64,000 nt of DNA from the human T2T-CHM13v2.0 reference genome, Homo sapiens. The DNA is taken from NCBI GenBank assembly GCA_009914755.4, contig CP068257.2:37120001-37184000 (forward strand). Reading direction: 5' to 3'. Position numbers and translations under genes: made by a program. Positions 45,097 through 59,928 of the stretch are shown piece by piece. Under the pieces are notes generated by a model. That model was not told where the DNA came from and did not search any database. It saw only the letters and a program-made list of their open reading frames with translations. Position 1 is the first letter of the stretch. Every line of letters starts with the position of its first letter.

Positions 45097-45404
45097 TTTT
45101 TTTTTTTTTTTTTTTTTTTTTGAGACAGGGTCTCACTCTGTCACCCAGGCTCTGGAGTGCAGTGGTGCAATCATGGCTCACTGCAGCCTTGAACTCCTGG
45201 GCTCAAGTGATCCTCCCACCTTGGCCTCCCAAGCTGCTGGGACTACAGGCATGTGCCACCATACCCAGCTAATTTTTGTATTTTTTGTAGAGACAAGGTT
45301 TTGCCACGTTGTCCAGGCTGGTTTTAAACCCCTGAGCCAAGAGATCCACCTGCCTCAGCTTCCCAAAGAGCTGGGATTACAGCCTCGAGCCACTACTCCC
45401 AGCC
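45097..45404 (-). mobile_element. Alu element (reverse) nested in L1
   Basis: 24-nt poly-T then gagacagggtctcactctgtcacccaggctctggagtgcagtggtgcaatcatggctcactgcagccttgaactcc ... gattacagcctcgagccactactcccagcc. Confidence 0.9.
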
Positions 45405-46354
45405 ACATTTTGATTTCTCTTAAGTATACACACTGGGAGTGAGACTGCTGGATCATATGATAAGTCTGTGCTTAACTTTTTGAGGAATGATTCCTTTCAT
45501 CTTTTCAACAGCAATATGGGAATTGGAAATCAGTGTGATCATGTGCCCAAGGTGACACTCCCATAAGAGGTGGAGTGGAATTTACAGTCAAGCCATTCTG
45601 ATTCAGAGCCCCTGTCCTTGCACTCAGTCAAGATGTCTCGTTAGTGTACATGAAATAGAGACAGTGGTGGGAGCTGAGGGCTGCACGCAGGGCACAACAA
45701 GAGGTAGAGGCTAGCAAGCGTAGGATGTGCTCAGGTGCATTCAGAATCGAGGACTATGAGGGTGGACAGGGGCCAGATTCTTGAGAATCCTGAAGGACAG
45801 CAGAGTAGGAAGCCATGGCTCCAAAGTCAGGCAGCCAGAAGTAGATGGGCTTTGAGGACCAATGGTGCCAGGGTGTGTCATTGGGACCTTCTAGGAACTC
45901 AGGTAAAAAATGATGGCCAAGAGTAGGCAATGTTAGAGAGTTCATCCTCAGGCACAGACAGGGCAAAGTGTGCAGCACCGTGGACTGCCTTTGTGACTTT
46001 TATGATTAGATTGAGAGAATCACCACCTCTTAGCAGAGAGAGCAACAAACAATGCAAACAATGCAAACACAGACACACAAAGAAGGAGAAACAATAGCCC
46101 TCATCACCACAGCCCTAGTGGTGGCAGCAACTAAGGAAATTATATAGAGAAGTTGGAGGAGCCTGTGCAACCAGCAAACAGAAATGTTGTGAACCCATTG
46201 AGATGTATGGACTTTCCCTGACATGCTACCAAAAGTTTGTCATTTTAGGAGCCCTGAAGACTTCTTGAAGATCTGATGTGCAGGCCTAGATCTCAAGCTT
46301 ATTTATTTTTCTGTTCTTCTTCTTGCATATTAAGATGGATGCTTTTCTTATTAA

Positions 46355-46739
<385 letters not shown>

Positions 46740-47332
46740 TCCTTTTTCATATTTAGTATTTTCCTAATCATTCAGTTGTAAATATTTTAATGTCCATTAT
46801 GATTTCTTCTTCCACCTTTTGTTTTGATTATCTATTGCTGCATTCCAAAAAAAAAAAATTAGCTTAAAATGACAATCATTTCATTCTATCTCATGATATT
46901 GTGGGTCATGAATTGGGACAGGTTTCAGCTGGATGATTCTCCTGCTCTTCTGAACATTAACTAAGGGAACTAGTGATCTTCAGCTGGTAGATGGGCTGGT
47001 CTGGAGGGTCCAAGGACTTTCACTCACATGTTGGCATCTGGGTGCAGATGGCTGGATGGCATGCTCAGTGAGACTGCTGGACAGTGGCTACCTCTGGCCT
47101 CTGCAGCTTGGCAGGCTCAGGATGGTTGGACCAACTCAAAGCAGCTCAGATCCCCAGAGAGAGAGGAACTGGCCAGTCTGGGAATTGAATCTAGAAATTA
47201 GCAAAGCACAATTCCACCATAGTCTGTTGCTTGAAGCAACACAGAAAGGTCTCCCAGATCATTGGAAGGCACACAGCTCCTGCTGCTGAATGGGAATAGT
47301 GGAAAAATATTTCTGATCATTCTTTTTGGAGT

Positions 47333-48033
<701 letters not shown>

Positions 48034-48529
48034 ATAATTATCTTTGTTAAACTTCAATCACATGGGTTTCTAATTTAATAGCATGGCGACTACAGAATGT
48101 GGTCTGTCATGTATCAAGCATTTGAAATTGGTTGAGCCTTCCGTTTTAGCCTTTATGTATGTGTAAGATATTGGAAAATATTCTTGGTAAAATTGACCAG
48201 AAGATGTATTCTACAGTCACTGTTTAAGAAACAAGTGAAAATGGTGGTTAAAATAACCAAAACAACTAAACGTGTGTGGAAATAAACAAAGACTACCCAA
48301 AGGAGAGCAGGCAGAGGCGATCCATTCAGAGCTTGCTGTAGCATAGGAGTCAGACACTGTCACTTGTGTTTGGCAGAAACTCAAATCAGGCTGTTGATCA
48401 AGTTTTTATCATGAGGGCAGGTTTCAAGACTGCCATTCATTTTTCACTGATAGTTTACTTTGGGCTTACCAGGAAAATCAGTCACTGTTAACCAATCATT
48501 GGTTTCTATGTAAATCAAAATATTAACAA

Positions 48530-48832
48530 TTGCCCAAGTGCAGTAGCTCACACCTTCAACCCCAGCACTTTGGGAGCCTGAGGCAAACAAATTGCTTGAG
48601 CCCGGGAGTTCAAGAGCAGCCTGGGCAACATGGCAAACCCCACCTCTAAAAAAATACAAAAATTAGCCTGGCATAGTGGCATGCACCTGTAGTCCCAGCT
48701 TCTCGGGAGGTTGAGGTAAGAGGATGGCTTGAGCCTGGGAGGTCAAGGCTGTAGTGAGCCATGTTCATACGACTGAACTCCAGCCTGGGTGGCAAAGGGA
48801 GACCCTGTCTTAAAACAAACAACAACAAAAAA
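48530..48832 (+). mobile_element. Alu element (older) with (CAA)n tail
   Basis: caattgcccaagtgcagtagctcacaccttcaaccccagcactttgggagcctgaggcaaacaaattgcttgagcccgggagttcaagagcagcctgggcaacatggcaaaccccacctc ... ggcaaagggagaccctgtcttaaaacaaacaacaacaaaaaac. Confidence 0.85.
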
Positions 48833-49399
48833 CAGTCTCTATTTACATAACTTAAAGAAGCCCTTTGGAGAAGGTAGAAACAGACTTTGCTGCCCTCTCT
48901 GAGCAAACATTGTCTCATTAATCCTCCCCACAACCCAACAAGGAGGTTTGACCTACTGAGTTCCATTTTAGGAGATAAGAAGCCGCTGTATGCCTCAGTT
49001 GGCTACCCAGTCTAGGGGCAGTAAGCCCCCACTTGCTATAATAGGTTGTGATTGTCTGATGTATTAAACTGAACTTTAAAAAGTCATTTCTATTTCGCTA
49101 CACAGCAGTGGGGCAGCGCAGAAACAAGGAAATTATATCTTCCGCTTCGACTGTTTTTCATTTTTACTTTGTGTTTCTAGATTCTCAAACTTCCATCACT
49201 CTAACAGATTCTCAAATTAGAGGAGAAAACAATCTTACTTTACATAAAAACACCAAATTGATCCTTTATGGATGCAGTGTGGTCAATGACAGCATTTGTT
49301 TTCCCAGCATAGATTGTGCTGATGCATTGTGTATGTGGCCTGGTCTGTAGCCTGTGTGATTGACAGATGATTGAGAGACAGAGAGAGAGAGAGATTGTC

Positions 49400-49530
49400 A
49401 GGAGGCTTAATGATCCTCACAACACAACTGGGGTAGGTGCTGTGGCCCCCACATTACAGCCGAGGCCCAGAGAGAGTCAGTAGCTCACCCAAGGTCACAC
49501 AGCTTGTGAACAGCAGAGCCATAATTTGAT
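49400..49530 (-). mobile_element. MIR fragment
   Basis: cccacattacagccgaggcccagagagagtcagtagctcacccaaggtcacacagcttgtgaacagcagagcc aligns to the reverse complement of the MIR consensus (ccattttacagatgaggaaactgaggctcagagaggttaagtaacttgcccaaggtcacacagctagtaagtggcagagc). Confidence 0.55.
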
Positions 49531-51297
49531 CAATGCTGCTAGGCTGCCTGTCAAAATACACCCAAAACAAAACTTACTTTTTGTATAGCATGAGCTTTTA
49601 ATTCTACGGGTTGCTGTTGCATTGAATTATGCCCTAGTGTAACACAAACTAAAATATCCAGTTGCAAAATTAAATAATAAATAAATAATGGGTCTGCGTG
49701 CTGTTTATCAGTCCAAATGTGGCTGCATTTTTTGGCCAACTATGTCTTTTAAGATTACATCCTAACATTAAGTTTTTGTTGGTTTCTAATCCCAGCTTTG
49801 GCAGTTTTGGACAAAAGCTATGGGCATAATATCCTCTTGGCCCTCCAGGCAGGGGCGCTGCAGATTCTGGGCTGGGGGTCAGTGGGGGCAGCTTACAAAA
49901 TGTTTTTCTGTGAGGGCCTCGGCTGAAATAGAGGGGAACACTGCTGAGCTCTGGCCTCTGTGTCTGTATCTTGACTGACTTTTTAAATTTTTTTTTCTGA
50001 AATTTCTGTGTGGCCTGACAAGTCCGAGACTACCACAAAGTGGCCACAAAATTTGTTTAAATGTTGTCTGTCAAGTTGGAAATTTTATTTTAAAATTCAT
50101 GGTGCAATGGCATTATAATAAACCTTATTTTTCCTTCTGCAGTCTGTTTCTGGATGCTGGCAGTCATTCAGAAACATTTGCTGAGCACCTCGTACCTGCT
50201 GAATGAACCCACGTGAAGGGGAGCCAGGAGTGCGGATCATTAAAAAGCCTGTACTTTCTCAGTCCCCATTTGACACCACAGAGAGAAAATGCATGCTCCT
50301 GATTTGGGTAGATCTAGAATGTTCTTATGAATATGGTAGGTGGAGCAAGGGAACCAGGTTCTTATGATACATGATAAGAAAGGCCCTAGCTTGGTCAGAC
50401 ACAAATAAAAGCCAAGCTTTTCATCTAAACTCCCTTGCACCATCACCCCCTTACCAACCAGTACAGAGAGCTTAACATCTCTATACCAGATAGTGAATGT
50501 TTCTAATAAGAATGGCAAATTCTTATTGTGAGAGAGATAAGGGCATTCAAGTGTTAATTCAAGAGAAATATGTATATGGTTCTTTAAATGATTTATTTAC
50601 TAACAGCATTAAGTATGGTGTAAAGGAATTTACATACCCTAATTCTCGTCTATATATTTTTTTGGATTTTAAAATGACAACTTGTCTAAGTTCGCATTAG
50701 TATTAAGCCCTAACATGAGACAGTATTTATAGCATAAGATTTTTGCCACCTATTTTTAATTGTAGCGCTGTTTTATCAATAAGATCAATTAAAGAGTTGA
50801 ACTTTTGAAAAGAAGAAACATGAAAATGAATTTCTAACTGTACAGTATTGAATACATGAAAGTTCTCTTAAACTTAGTCCAGAGTCTCAATAAACATGGT
50901 AAGTATGTAATAATTCACATTTACAACCGCCATAAAAACTCTATCAACCAAATTATTTTATGACGTCAAAATTATCTGAAAAAAATTGAGGAACTAAAAT
51001 TTTTAAAAATAGGTTCTCAGTTAGAGCTGTCTATTAAAAGGATAAATTTTAAACTCTCCGGAGCTGGCCTTCCTGGTTCCAGGAGCAGCCTGTTGGCCTT
51101 CTCTCGCAAAGCTCAGTTCCTTTCCTCCATTCCAGAAGACCCTCAAGCCTGTCCCATGCACCTGGTTTTACATTTTTAAATGTTAAAAGGAAGACCACCG
51201 TGAAAGATTGGCATGTTAATAGTAGGCTAAGGCGACAGGTGCTGGGGCTCCAGCTTAGAGATCCCCACAGATTCCATGCTCCCAGGGCTGGCTGCAG

Positions 51298-51340
51298 CCA
51301 TCTGCCCCCACCCACCCCCACCCACCCCCACCCGGCCCAG
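51298..51340. promoter_or_regulatory. Four tandem CACCC boxes (CCCCACCCA)4, candidate KLF/Sp-family site cluster
   Basis: cccccacccacccccacccacccccacccacccccacccggccc inside a repeat-free, about 57% GC 500-bp block. The opposite strand is GGGTGGGGG repeats with G-quadruplex potential. Confidence 0.5.
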
Positions 51341-52332
51341 CCCTCCCCTCCTGGAGGTGGAATCGTGGCTTGCACAATCCCCTCTGGGCCCCTGGGGGAG
51401 GCGCACCATATTGATTTTTTGGACTTCGTTTCTGTGTGTCTCACCAGTCTTTGCCCGGCACAGTGACTCACTGGCGTCCCTTTCAGGACTTTCTCCCGCC
51501 TGATAACATCTAAATGACTCATGCCTACACCACCTGGAGAGCTCAGGGAAGGCACGGTTTGTTCAGGCCACCCTCACTCCAAGGGCCAGCCCTTTTTTGG
51601 AATAGAAACTAAAAGTTGGTAGCTTCCATTTGTAGTTCCATCTAACAGAAGAGCCGACCCACTCACATTAGCTGGCTCACGACTAAGGCAACCAATGCCT
51701 CCCAGAACATAGACTCAACTGGCAACCCCGGCACTGAAGGTCAAGGTGAGTCAAAGACACTCATGCAGAAGGGTGGATGCTCTTCCAAGTGTGACTGGCT
51801 GGCCTGCACGGCTCACTGCCTCCCCTCCTCCCGTCAAGATGCAGCTTCAGTTTAAACCACCTTCGTTCCATTCATCAAAGAGGAATATTTACTGTTATTG
51901 TAATGACTCTTCTCACAGTACACAAGGCTACACCTGAAACACACAGGCCTTTCAGAAAGCACAAAGGAGCATTGTGCAAGCCCCTGCCCAGTGAGATGGA
52001 TGGGGGCGTAGACACGCCAGTTAACAGCCGGGCTTTGCAGGCCAGCAAGACTTATCTGTGGCCGCACCATGGCCACTGAGCTTGTACCTTTCTTCTTTTA
52101 AAAATTGCTCCTTCATTATAAGCAGAGTTAAATACCTGCACATGTGATTTGTGTTGAAATAATAAAGCAACAAACACACATCAAGCTGAGGAGAGAATCT
52201 TGGCTAAGGTAGGAAGTCGTGGGTCTGGTCTCAGTCTGTGCTGCTGACCAACTGTAAGAACTCAGAACTCACTGTCCACTCAGGACCACAGTGTCTCATC
52301 TGAAAGGACGAGGAGACTGGAACACACCAGAG

Positions 52333-52850
52333 CCATGGTTCTCAATGTGTGGTCCAGAGGCCCTCGGGGGTCCCTGAGCCTCTTTCTGGGGATCTGTGAG
52401 GTCAAAACTACTTTCACAAGTATGGTTTGCCTTTTTCACTCTCACTCTCTCATGCTTGAACAATGGAATCTTCTAAAGGCTTCCTGACACGTGATGCTAC
52501 AATGGATGGAATCCAGAGGTGGATAGGAGAAGCCAGCTGCCTTCTATTAAACCAGAAATGAAGAACATTTGCAGAAATGTACAACAATGCCATGCTTCCC
52601 ATTAATTATTTTGTTCTTGCTTTAGAATATGTCACTTTTCATTGAAAAATGTTACTCATGATTTTATGTAAAAGGTTTATTGTTGTTACTTTTAAATATA
52701 TATTTTAAGTGTTTTTTAGTTTTGATTTCTAATATGGCAAAAATTGGTAAAATCACATACACAAGGGCTTTTGGGGATCCTCAAAACTTTTTAAGAGTGT
52801 AAAGGGATCCAGAGACCAAAAGTTTGATAACCACTAACCAAAAACTTTGA
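52333..52850 (+). mobile_element. hAT-Charlie-type non-autonomous DNA transposon (MER-like)
   Basis: Left end catggttctcaatgtgtggtccagaggccctcgggggtccctgag, right end ggatcctcaaaactttttaagagtgtaaagggatccagagaccaaaagtttgataaccactaacc. The termini resemble the cagtggttctcaaa...tttgagaaccactg inverted repeats of the MER5/MER58/Charlie families. Confidence 0.5.
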
Positions 52851-54305
52851 CAACCATCATCTTGAAGGGTCCTTGGACTTTCTGGAATTTGGATCTCCCT
52901 TGCCTTGTTCAGTTTTCTCTCTTTTTAGCCATCTCGTACTTACAGCCATTTCAGTTCCTATGTACCTGACTTATTAATTATGCTTATTGTTTACCATGTG
53001 TGTTCCCCTCCCATATAAACTCCATGAGGACTGAGATATTTGTCCATGATGTTCATCAGTGCATCCCAGGCTGCCTAGAACTGGGCCTGGCCCTTAGCAG
53101 GCACTTGTTTTTGGATGGGAGGGAGGAGAAGGGAGGGGAGAGGGCAAGTTCTTTCAGTGTCTGTATAATGGACAGAGCAAGGTGTACCACCTCGGTGTGA
53201 TAGAAGAGATGGAGACAGGAGAAAGGAAGCTCTGCACAGGATCACGTGGTAGGTGGCAAAGTCAGGGCTCCATCACAGCTTCTGTTGTCACATGACTCTG
53301 TTATCTGACCCTTTAAGGCAGCCCCTTCTGCTCCAACAGAGCTTCAGGGTAACTGAGTGCCCCGCAATTGGTGTTAGCAGAGAATCTGTGTCCAGTTGAT
53401 CCCTAAAAGTTTGAGGAACACTCATTCCCCAGTGCATAAGTTCCTGATAAATGACCTCATAAATAAATGACCTCCCTTTGTAGGAGGTTGGCTGGAAGGC
53501 TCAGATGCACATGGCTGCTGGAAGTGAGGTCCTCCCACAAGAGAACCAACACGTCCTTCAAGGGTCTCGGGGTCTGTGAACAGACATGGACATCAGGATT
53601 GGTTGAGGGGCTTCCAGGTTCAATCCTGGTGGCACAGGTGAGGCCCATTCACCAGACCAGAGTGTCGCCAGCCATCCATAGCAGGTGTGCTCTTTGTGGC
53701 TGCCTATGGCTTTTAGTCCTGAAAAGCTCAGGTTTAAGTAGCCAGGAGCACAACCCAGGCCTTGCTGCTGCTTCTGGACATCTCTGGGAGTGAAAAGGGA
53801 GTTCTATGCTCAGCCACCTGAGTTTGTGGAGCTCGTTTCAATCTCAGCCTCTCCCATCAGCCTCCTGGTGACTCCTCTAAGAGGTCTCAGTGCTTCCTTC
53901 ACCCTCAATACTCAAGGCCTTGGCGAAAGGGAATTCTTCTGAGACCTGAAGTGTAGAATCACGAGGGAGAAACAGTCAAGCAAAATTGACCGTTATCGCC
54001 CAGGAGATAAGACCCAGGAGTCAGTTCAGAGAACGCAGACATGACCGTAGAATTGTGTACATAGCAGGCCTTGCCCTCAGTGGATATCCAATAAATTGCA
54101 ATGGACATATGTTTTCTTTTCTGCACACTCTCTTGCCTTTCCCTTGGCTGGATCTTGGGGCTTCTGGGAGAGTGATGCAGAGGGGAATATTGGAAGAAGA
54201 GGCTGAGAGCACAGATGAAAGTCATCCCATCTGTTTGGATTTCATTTTAAGAGCAGTGCAGAGGCATTGAGTGTTTTTAGGCAGAGAATAACATTAAGGA
54301 ACGTA

Positions 54306-56667
54306 CAGGTGTACTTCGGAGATATTGCAGGCTCAGTTCCACACTGCAGCAATAAAGCAATTATCGCAATAAAGTCATATAAATATTTCAGGTTTCTCGG
54401 TTCATATAAAAGTTATATTCACACTATATTGTAGTCTATCTAGTGTGCAATAGCATTATGTCTAAAAAACAATGTACATACCTTAATTTAAAAATACTTT
54501 ATTGCTAGAAAGTGCTAATAATCATCTAAGTCTTTGTCAAGTCATAATCTTCTTGTTGGTGGGTGGTCTTTCTGGATGTGGATGGCTGCTGACCAATCAG
54601 GGTGGCTGTGGCAATTTCTTGAACTGAGACAACAGTGAAGTTTGCTGCATTCATTGGCTTTTCCCTTCATGAAAGATTTCTCTAGCATGCAATACTGTTT
54701 GATGGCATTTTACCTACAGAACGTCTTTCAAAATTGGAGTCAATCTTCTCAAACTCTGCCACTGCTTTATCAACTATTTATGCAATATTCTAAATCCTTT
54801 GTTGTCGTTTCAACAAAGTTCAGAGCATCTTCAGCAGGAGTAGATTCCATCTCAAGAAACCACTCTCTTTGCTTATTCATAATAAACAACTCCTTGTGTG
54901 TGAAAGTTTTATCATGAGATTGCAGCAATTCAGTCACGTCTTCCGGCTCCACTTCTAATTCTAGTTTTGTTGCTTTTTTTTTTTTACCACATCTGCAGTT
55001 ATTTCCTCCACTGAAGTCTTGAGCCTCTCAAAGTCATCCCTGAGGGTTAGAATCCACTTCTTCCAAACTCCTGTTATTGTTGATATTTTCACTTCCTACC
55101 ATGAATCATGAATGTTCTTAACGACATCTAGAATGAGAATCTTTTCCAGAAAGTTTTCAATTTACTTTGCCCAGTTCCATCAGAGGAACTACTCTCTACG
55201 GCAGCTATAGCCTTATAAAATGTATTTCCTAAATAAGACTTGAAAGTCAAAATTATCCCCTCTATCTGTGGACTGCAGAATGGATGTTATATTAGCATAC
55301 ATGAAAACAGCATTTATCTCCTTGTAAATCTCCATCAGAGCTCTTGGGTAACTAAGTGCATTGTTAATATTGAACGATAATATTTTGAAAGGAATAGTTT
55401 TTTCTAAGCAGTAGTTTTCAACAGGGGGTTTAAGATATTTAGTAAACCATACTATAAACAGATGTGCTGTCAGCGAGGCCTTGTTCCATTTCTAGAGAAC
55501 AGGCAGAATGGATTTAGCATAATTCTTAAGGGCCCTTAAGATTTTCAAAATGGTCAGTGAGCATTGGCTTCAACTTAGTTACCAGCAGCACCAGCCCCAC
55601 CAAGAGAGTAAGCCTGTCCTTTAAATTTTTGAAGTCAGACATTGACTTCTCCTCTCTAGCTATGAAAATCTTAGGTAGTATCTTCTAATACAAGGTTGTT
55701 TCATCTACACTGAAAATCTGTGATTTAGTGTAGTCACCTTCATCAATGATCTTAGCTAGATCTTCAGGATAACTTGCCGCAGCTTCTCCATCAGCATTTG
55801 CTGCTTCACCCTGCACTTTTACATTCTGGAGATGACTTCTTTTTTTAAATGTCATGAACCAATCTCTGCTTATGCAGCTTCCTCATACCTCTCAGGCATC
55901 ACAGAATTGAAGAGAGTTAGGGCCTTGCTCTGGATTAGGCTCTGGCTTAAGGGAATGTTGTGGCTGGTTTGGTGTTCTATCCAGACCACTCAAACTCTCC
56001 GCGTCAGCATAAGGCTGTTTCACTTTCTTACCATTCATGTGTTTGCTGGAGTAGCATTTTTAATTTACTTGAAGAACTTTCTCTTTGCATCCACAACTTG
56101 GCTATTTGGCACAAGAGGCCTGGCTTTTGGCCTATCTTGGTTTTGACATGTCTTCCTCACTCAGCTTAATCATTTCTAGTTTTTTATTTAAAGTGGGATA
56201 CGTGTGACCCTTTCTTTCACTTGAACACTTGGAGGCCACTGCAGGCTTATTAACTGGCCTAATTTCAATATTGTTGTGCCTCAAGGAATAAGGAGGTCCA
56301 AGGAGAGGGAGAGAGACAGGGAAATGCCCAGCCAGTGGAGCAGTCAGAATACATACACATTTATTGATTCCGTTCACTGTTTTCTGTGGGTACAGTTTGT
56401 GGTTCCCCAAAACGATTATAATAATAATATCAAGGACCACTGACCACAGACCACCACAACAGATAGAATAATAATAAATTTGTGCAAATAAATAATAAAA
56501 AAACATTGTGAAAATTACCAAAATGGGACACAGAGATAGGAAGTGAGCCCATGCCTTTGGAGACATGGCACCAGTGGACCTGCTGTATACCACAACCTTC
56601 AGTTTATAAAGAACATGGTATCTGTAAAGTACGATAAGGTAAAGCACAGTAAAACGAGGTGTGCCAG
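54306..56667 (-). mobile_element. Tigger1-like TcMar-Tigger (pogo superfamily) DNA transposon, near full length (about 2.36 kb)
   Basis: Left terminus caggtgtacttcggagatattgcaggctcagttccacactgcagcaataaagcaattatcgcaataaag, preceded by TA. Right terminus ggtaaagcacagtaaaacgaggtgtgccag. These match the Tigger1 inverted termini (CAGGTGTACCTCGGAGATATTGCGG... / ...AATAAAACGAGGTATGCCTG). Minus-strand translation gives pogo/TIGD-like peptides VASKCSSERKGHTYPTLNKKLEMIKLSEEDMSK (N-terminal CENP-B-type HTH, cf. TIGD1 MASKCSSERKSHTSLTLNQKLEMIKLSEEGMSK) and [55 protein letters not shown] (C-terminal region). Confidence 0.8.
54500..56230 (-). pseudogene. Decayed Tigger1 transposase ORF (pogo/CENP-B-like DDE transposase), disrupted by stops and frameshifts
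   Basis: Transposase-like ORF pieces 56132..56680(-) and 54770..54952(-), plus other minus-strand fragments, are collinear with a Tigger transposase but not in one frame. No intact ORF remains. Confidence 0.55.
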
Positions 56668-57311
56668 TGTTGGGGAGCACATCTGGCTGCCTGGCATAGT
56701 ATTGACTGAAAGAAAGATAACAGAGGGAGGGTATCTGAAAAGTAACTGCCAGATGCTATGGTGTCTGCTCCTTTGCAGTCAGGGAGAAGAGAAAGAAGAG
56801 ACTGATTATCAAAGAAATCCCAAAGCTAGAATCCGCAGACCCCCATTCCAGATTCATTAAAAGTGGACAAGAGATAGGGGAGCCTGAGGATTGTCCCTGG
56901 TTGACTGGAAGGTCACCCAGGAGGAAGGGGTGTACCTCAGAGATGGACAGGGATGGGCCTTCTGCTCGTCCTACAGGCACCCATTCTCAGCACAGGCTCA
57001 TCCAGCCAAAGACTAAATTTCCCAGCCTCCTTTGCAACTAGATGATATCACGTGACAAAATCCAGACCAATGGGCCTGCCATGTGCAATTCTGATTAGTG
57101 CCCTTAGGAAGATGAGCCTCTGCTTCTCTTTCCTCCTTTCCTAGGGAGGAATGCAAATGTGGTAGGGAGACATCTTCAACCAGGAGAATGAGGACACAGC
57201 AAGGTGGGAGGATCCTAAGTCCCAAAACTACCACAACATCACCAAGCCAACAAACCAGCCTAGGGTCACCTTCCCCAAGTGTTATGGGAGTGAATAATAA
57301 ACCTCTATTTC

Positions 57312-57616
<305 letters not shown>

Positions 57617-58337
57617 CAAACCTCTATTTCATTTAAGCCCCTGTATGTGTGGCCTCCTGTTACTGATGTTATTTTCATGTGTTATTCTACGCGAGGGGCA
57701 GAACAACTTGCTTTTGTTGTATTTCAAGTGACTGTATCGCTGAACCAACCACTCTCGGAGCCACACTTCCTCTGCCTACAGGCTCTGTGTTGACTTGTGG
57801 CATGAAGAACACCTGTGAGGTATCCACAGCATACACCAGCCCAGGGACGGAGGCCACATGGGCCTGAGCCTGCAGCTGGCAGTGGCGGACACAGATGCTC
57901 CAGCAGGAGTGAGGGGAAACACTCCACCAAATGAAGGCCTCAGGGTCATTCGGACCTCGTGGAAACAAGTTGTATCAGGTTTGCTGGCGAAGCAGCTAGG
58001 AGGCTGTGGCAGCTGTTATTTATTCTTCAGTAGGACATTTGGCGCAATGTCTTACATCTTCATGGGTAATTAGACAAAAAGAGCTCACCACCCCTAGGTG
58101 ATGTCAATGCAGAGGGAGAGTCCTAGTGACATACTACGGGCTTGGCCTCAGTCACTGTTTGTTCAATGACTTGCTTATCAGGGTTATATGTGGGCCAAAG
58201 CAGTTACTAATAGAAGAGACCTTGGATAACAAACTCGAGGGTCATAAAGATCTGGAGAGGCTGGAATGATGCACTGAACCTACACAGACTCATTCATTCC
58301 TCCCCCATCTGTTCATTCAGTGAAAGCATATTCATCA

Positions 58338-58730
<393 letters not shown>

Positions 58731-59928
58731 AAGCAACAAAATCATTTTTGGAGAGATAATGCTGGGAGCGCATTATTGGCAGGATGTGATAGTGACATGA
58801 AAGTAAGGCTCTTTCCGCTTGGGATCGGCAAGAACTGCCCTGAGCCAGTGACATTTGCCCATTTGCCTCAGATGATGAAAAGGAGCCAGGCTTGAGAGCC
58901 AGGTGGAAAGAACGCCAGGGAGCAGCGAGTGCAAAGGCCCCAGGGGGCAGCAACGGGAGTTTTCCAGGAACAGACCCAGGCAGGTACACTGGAGTGTGAC
59001 CAGCAAAGAGGAGAATGAGGAAGGGGGTGGGGACCAGGTCACAGAGGGCATGGTGAGGAGTTTTGGATTCTCTTCTCTGCAGGGTGAGAAACCTTCTGGG
59101 AATTTTGAGGAGAGAGGTGGCGTCATAGGATTAACTTCTCCAAAGGCTACATTGGCTGCTGTGTGCAGGGTGGATTCTAGGAGGTAGAACAGAGGAGAGC
59201 TGGGAGGCTCTTGCATGGTGGTGATGACCAGGGCACTAGAGAAGAGACTGTGCTTGAGATGTGTTCTGGAAGCAGAGTCCACGGCATTTGCTGATGGTTT
59301 ATGGGAGTAAAGGAAGAAGAGAAATCCAGGACAACTCCAGGTCTTTTGCTGAGCAACCGGTGGGTGGTGGTACCGGTTCCTGGGACGAGAAGCCCTTTTC
59401 TCCATCTCTGCTAATAACTCGCTGGCCTGAGCCAGCCTCGTCACTTGCCTTTAATGCTCCTGTGGTCACATGGCTGGCTGCCCTGCTGCCACCACGCCTC
59501 TTCCCCATGGTCTGGGATTGATCATGTGCAGGGCAGCACCTGAGGTCCACATTAACACTCCCACACACCAACAGATGAGCTTGGAAGGAAGCCCCTGTGT
59601 GGTTCACACACAGGAAATAGGCGGGTGGTCACTGTGTGGGACTGTCTTGGATGGCAGGTCAATGGCACATCTCTGGTCGAGGAGGGGAATAAGGACACCA
59701 GGCAGGGGAGATGCCTGAGTTGAAGGAGTGAGACCAAGGCAGAAGCCCACCCAGAGGATGAGGGCTGAGGGAAAGAGAAGGTTCTCATGCACAGTGAACA
59801 GGAAGCAGGGGGCTCTCCGGACCCGGAAGTGACCCTGGGCCGGCCAGGGGACAGACCAGTCTCTACTAGACCATGGGGCTGGCTCTGGGGGTATTTTAGG
59901 TCTCCAGGTTGATGTCTGCAAGGCCAGC

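Noticed and set aside
51049-51555. 168-aa minus-strand ORF and overlapping plus-strand ORFs in the CACCC-box region. Possible CpG island?
   Set aside because: Multi-frame openness is a GC-composition effect. I counted only about 12 CpGs in 500 bp (observed/expected about 0.3), below CpG-island criteria. It is kept only as a candidate regulatory site
58773-59444. Longest ORF in the window (223 aa, minus strand)
   Set aside because: The peptide is S/P/L-rich with no domain-like pattern. There is no convincing start context, no splice signals and no polyadenylation signal, and part of it overlaps an Alu tail. It is most likely a chance ORF in GC-moderate sequence. BLASTP would settle it
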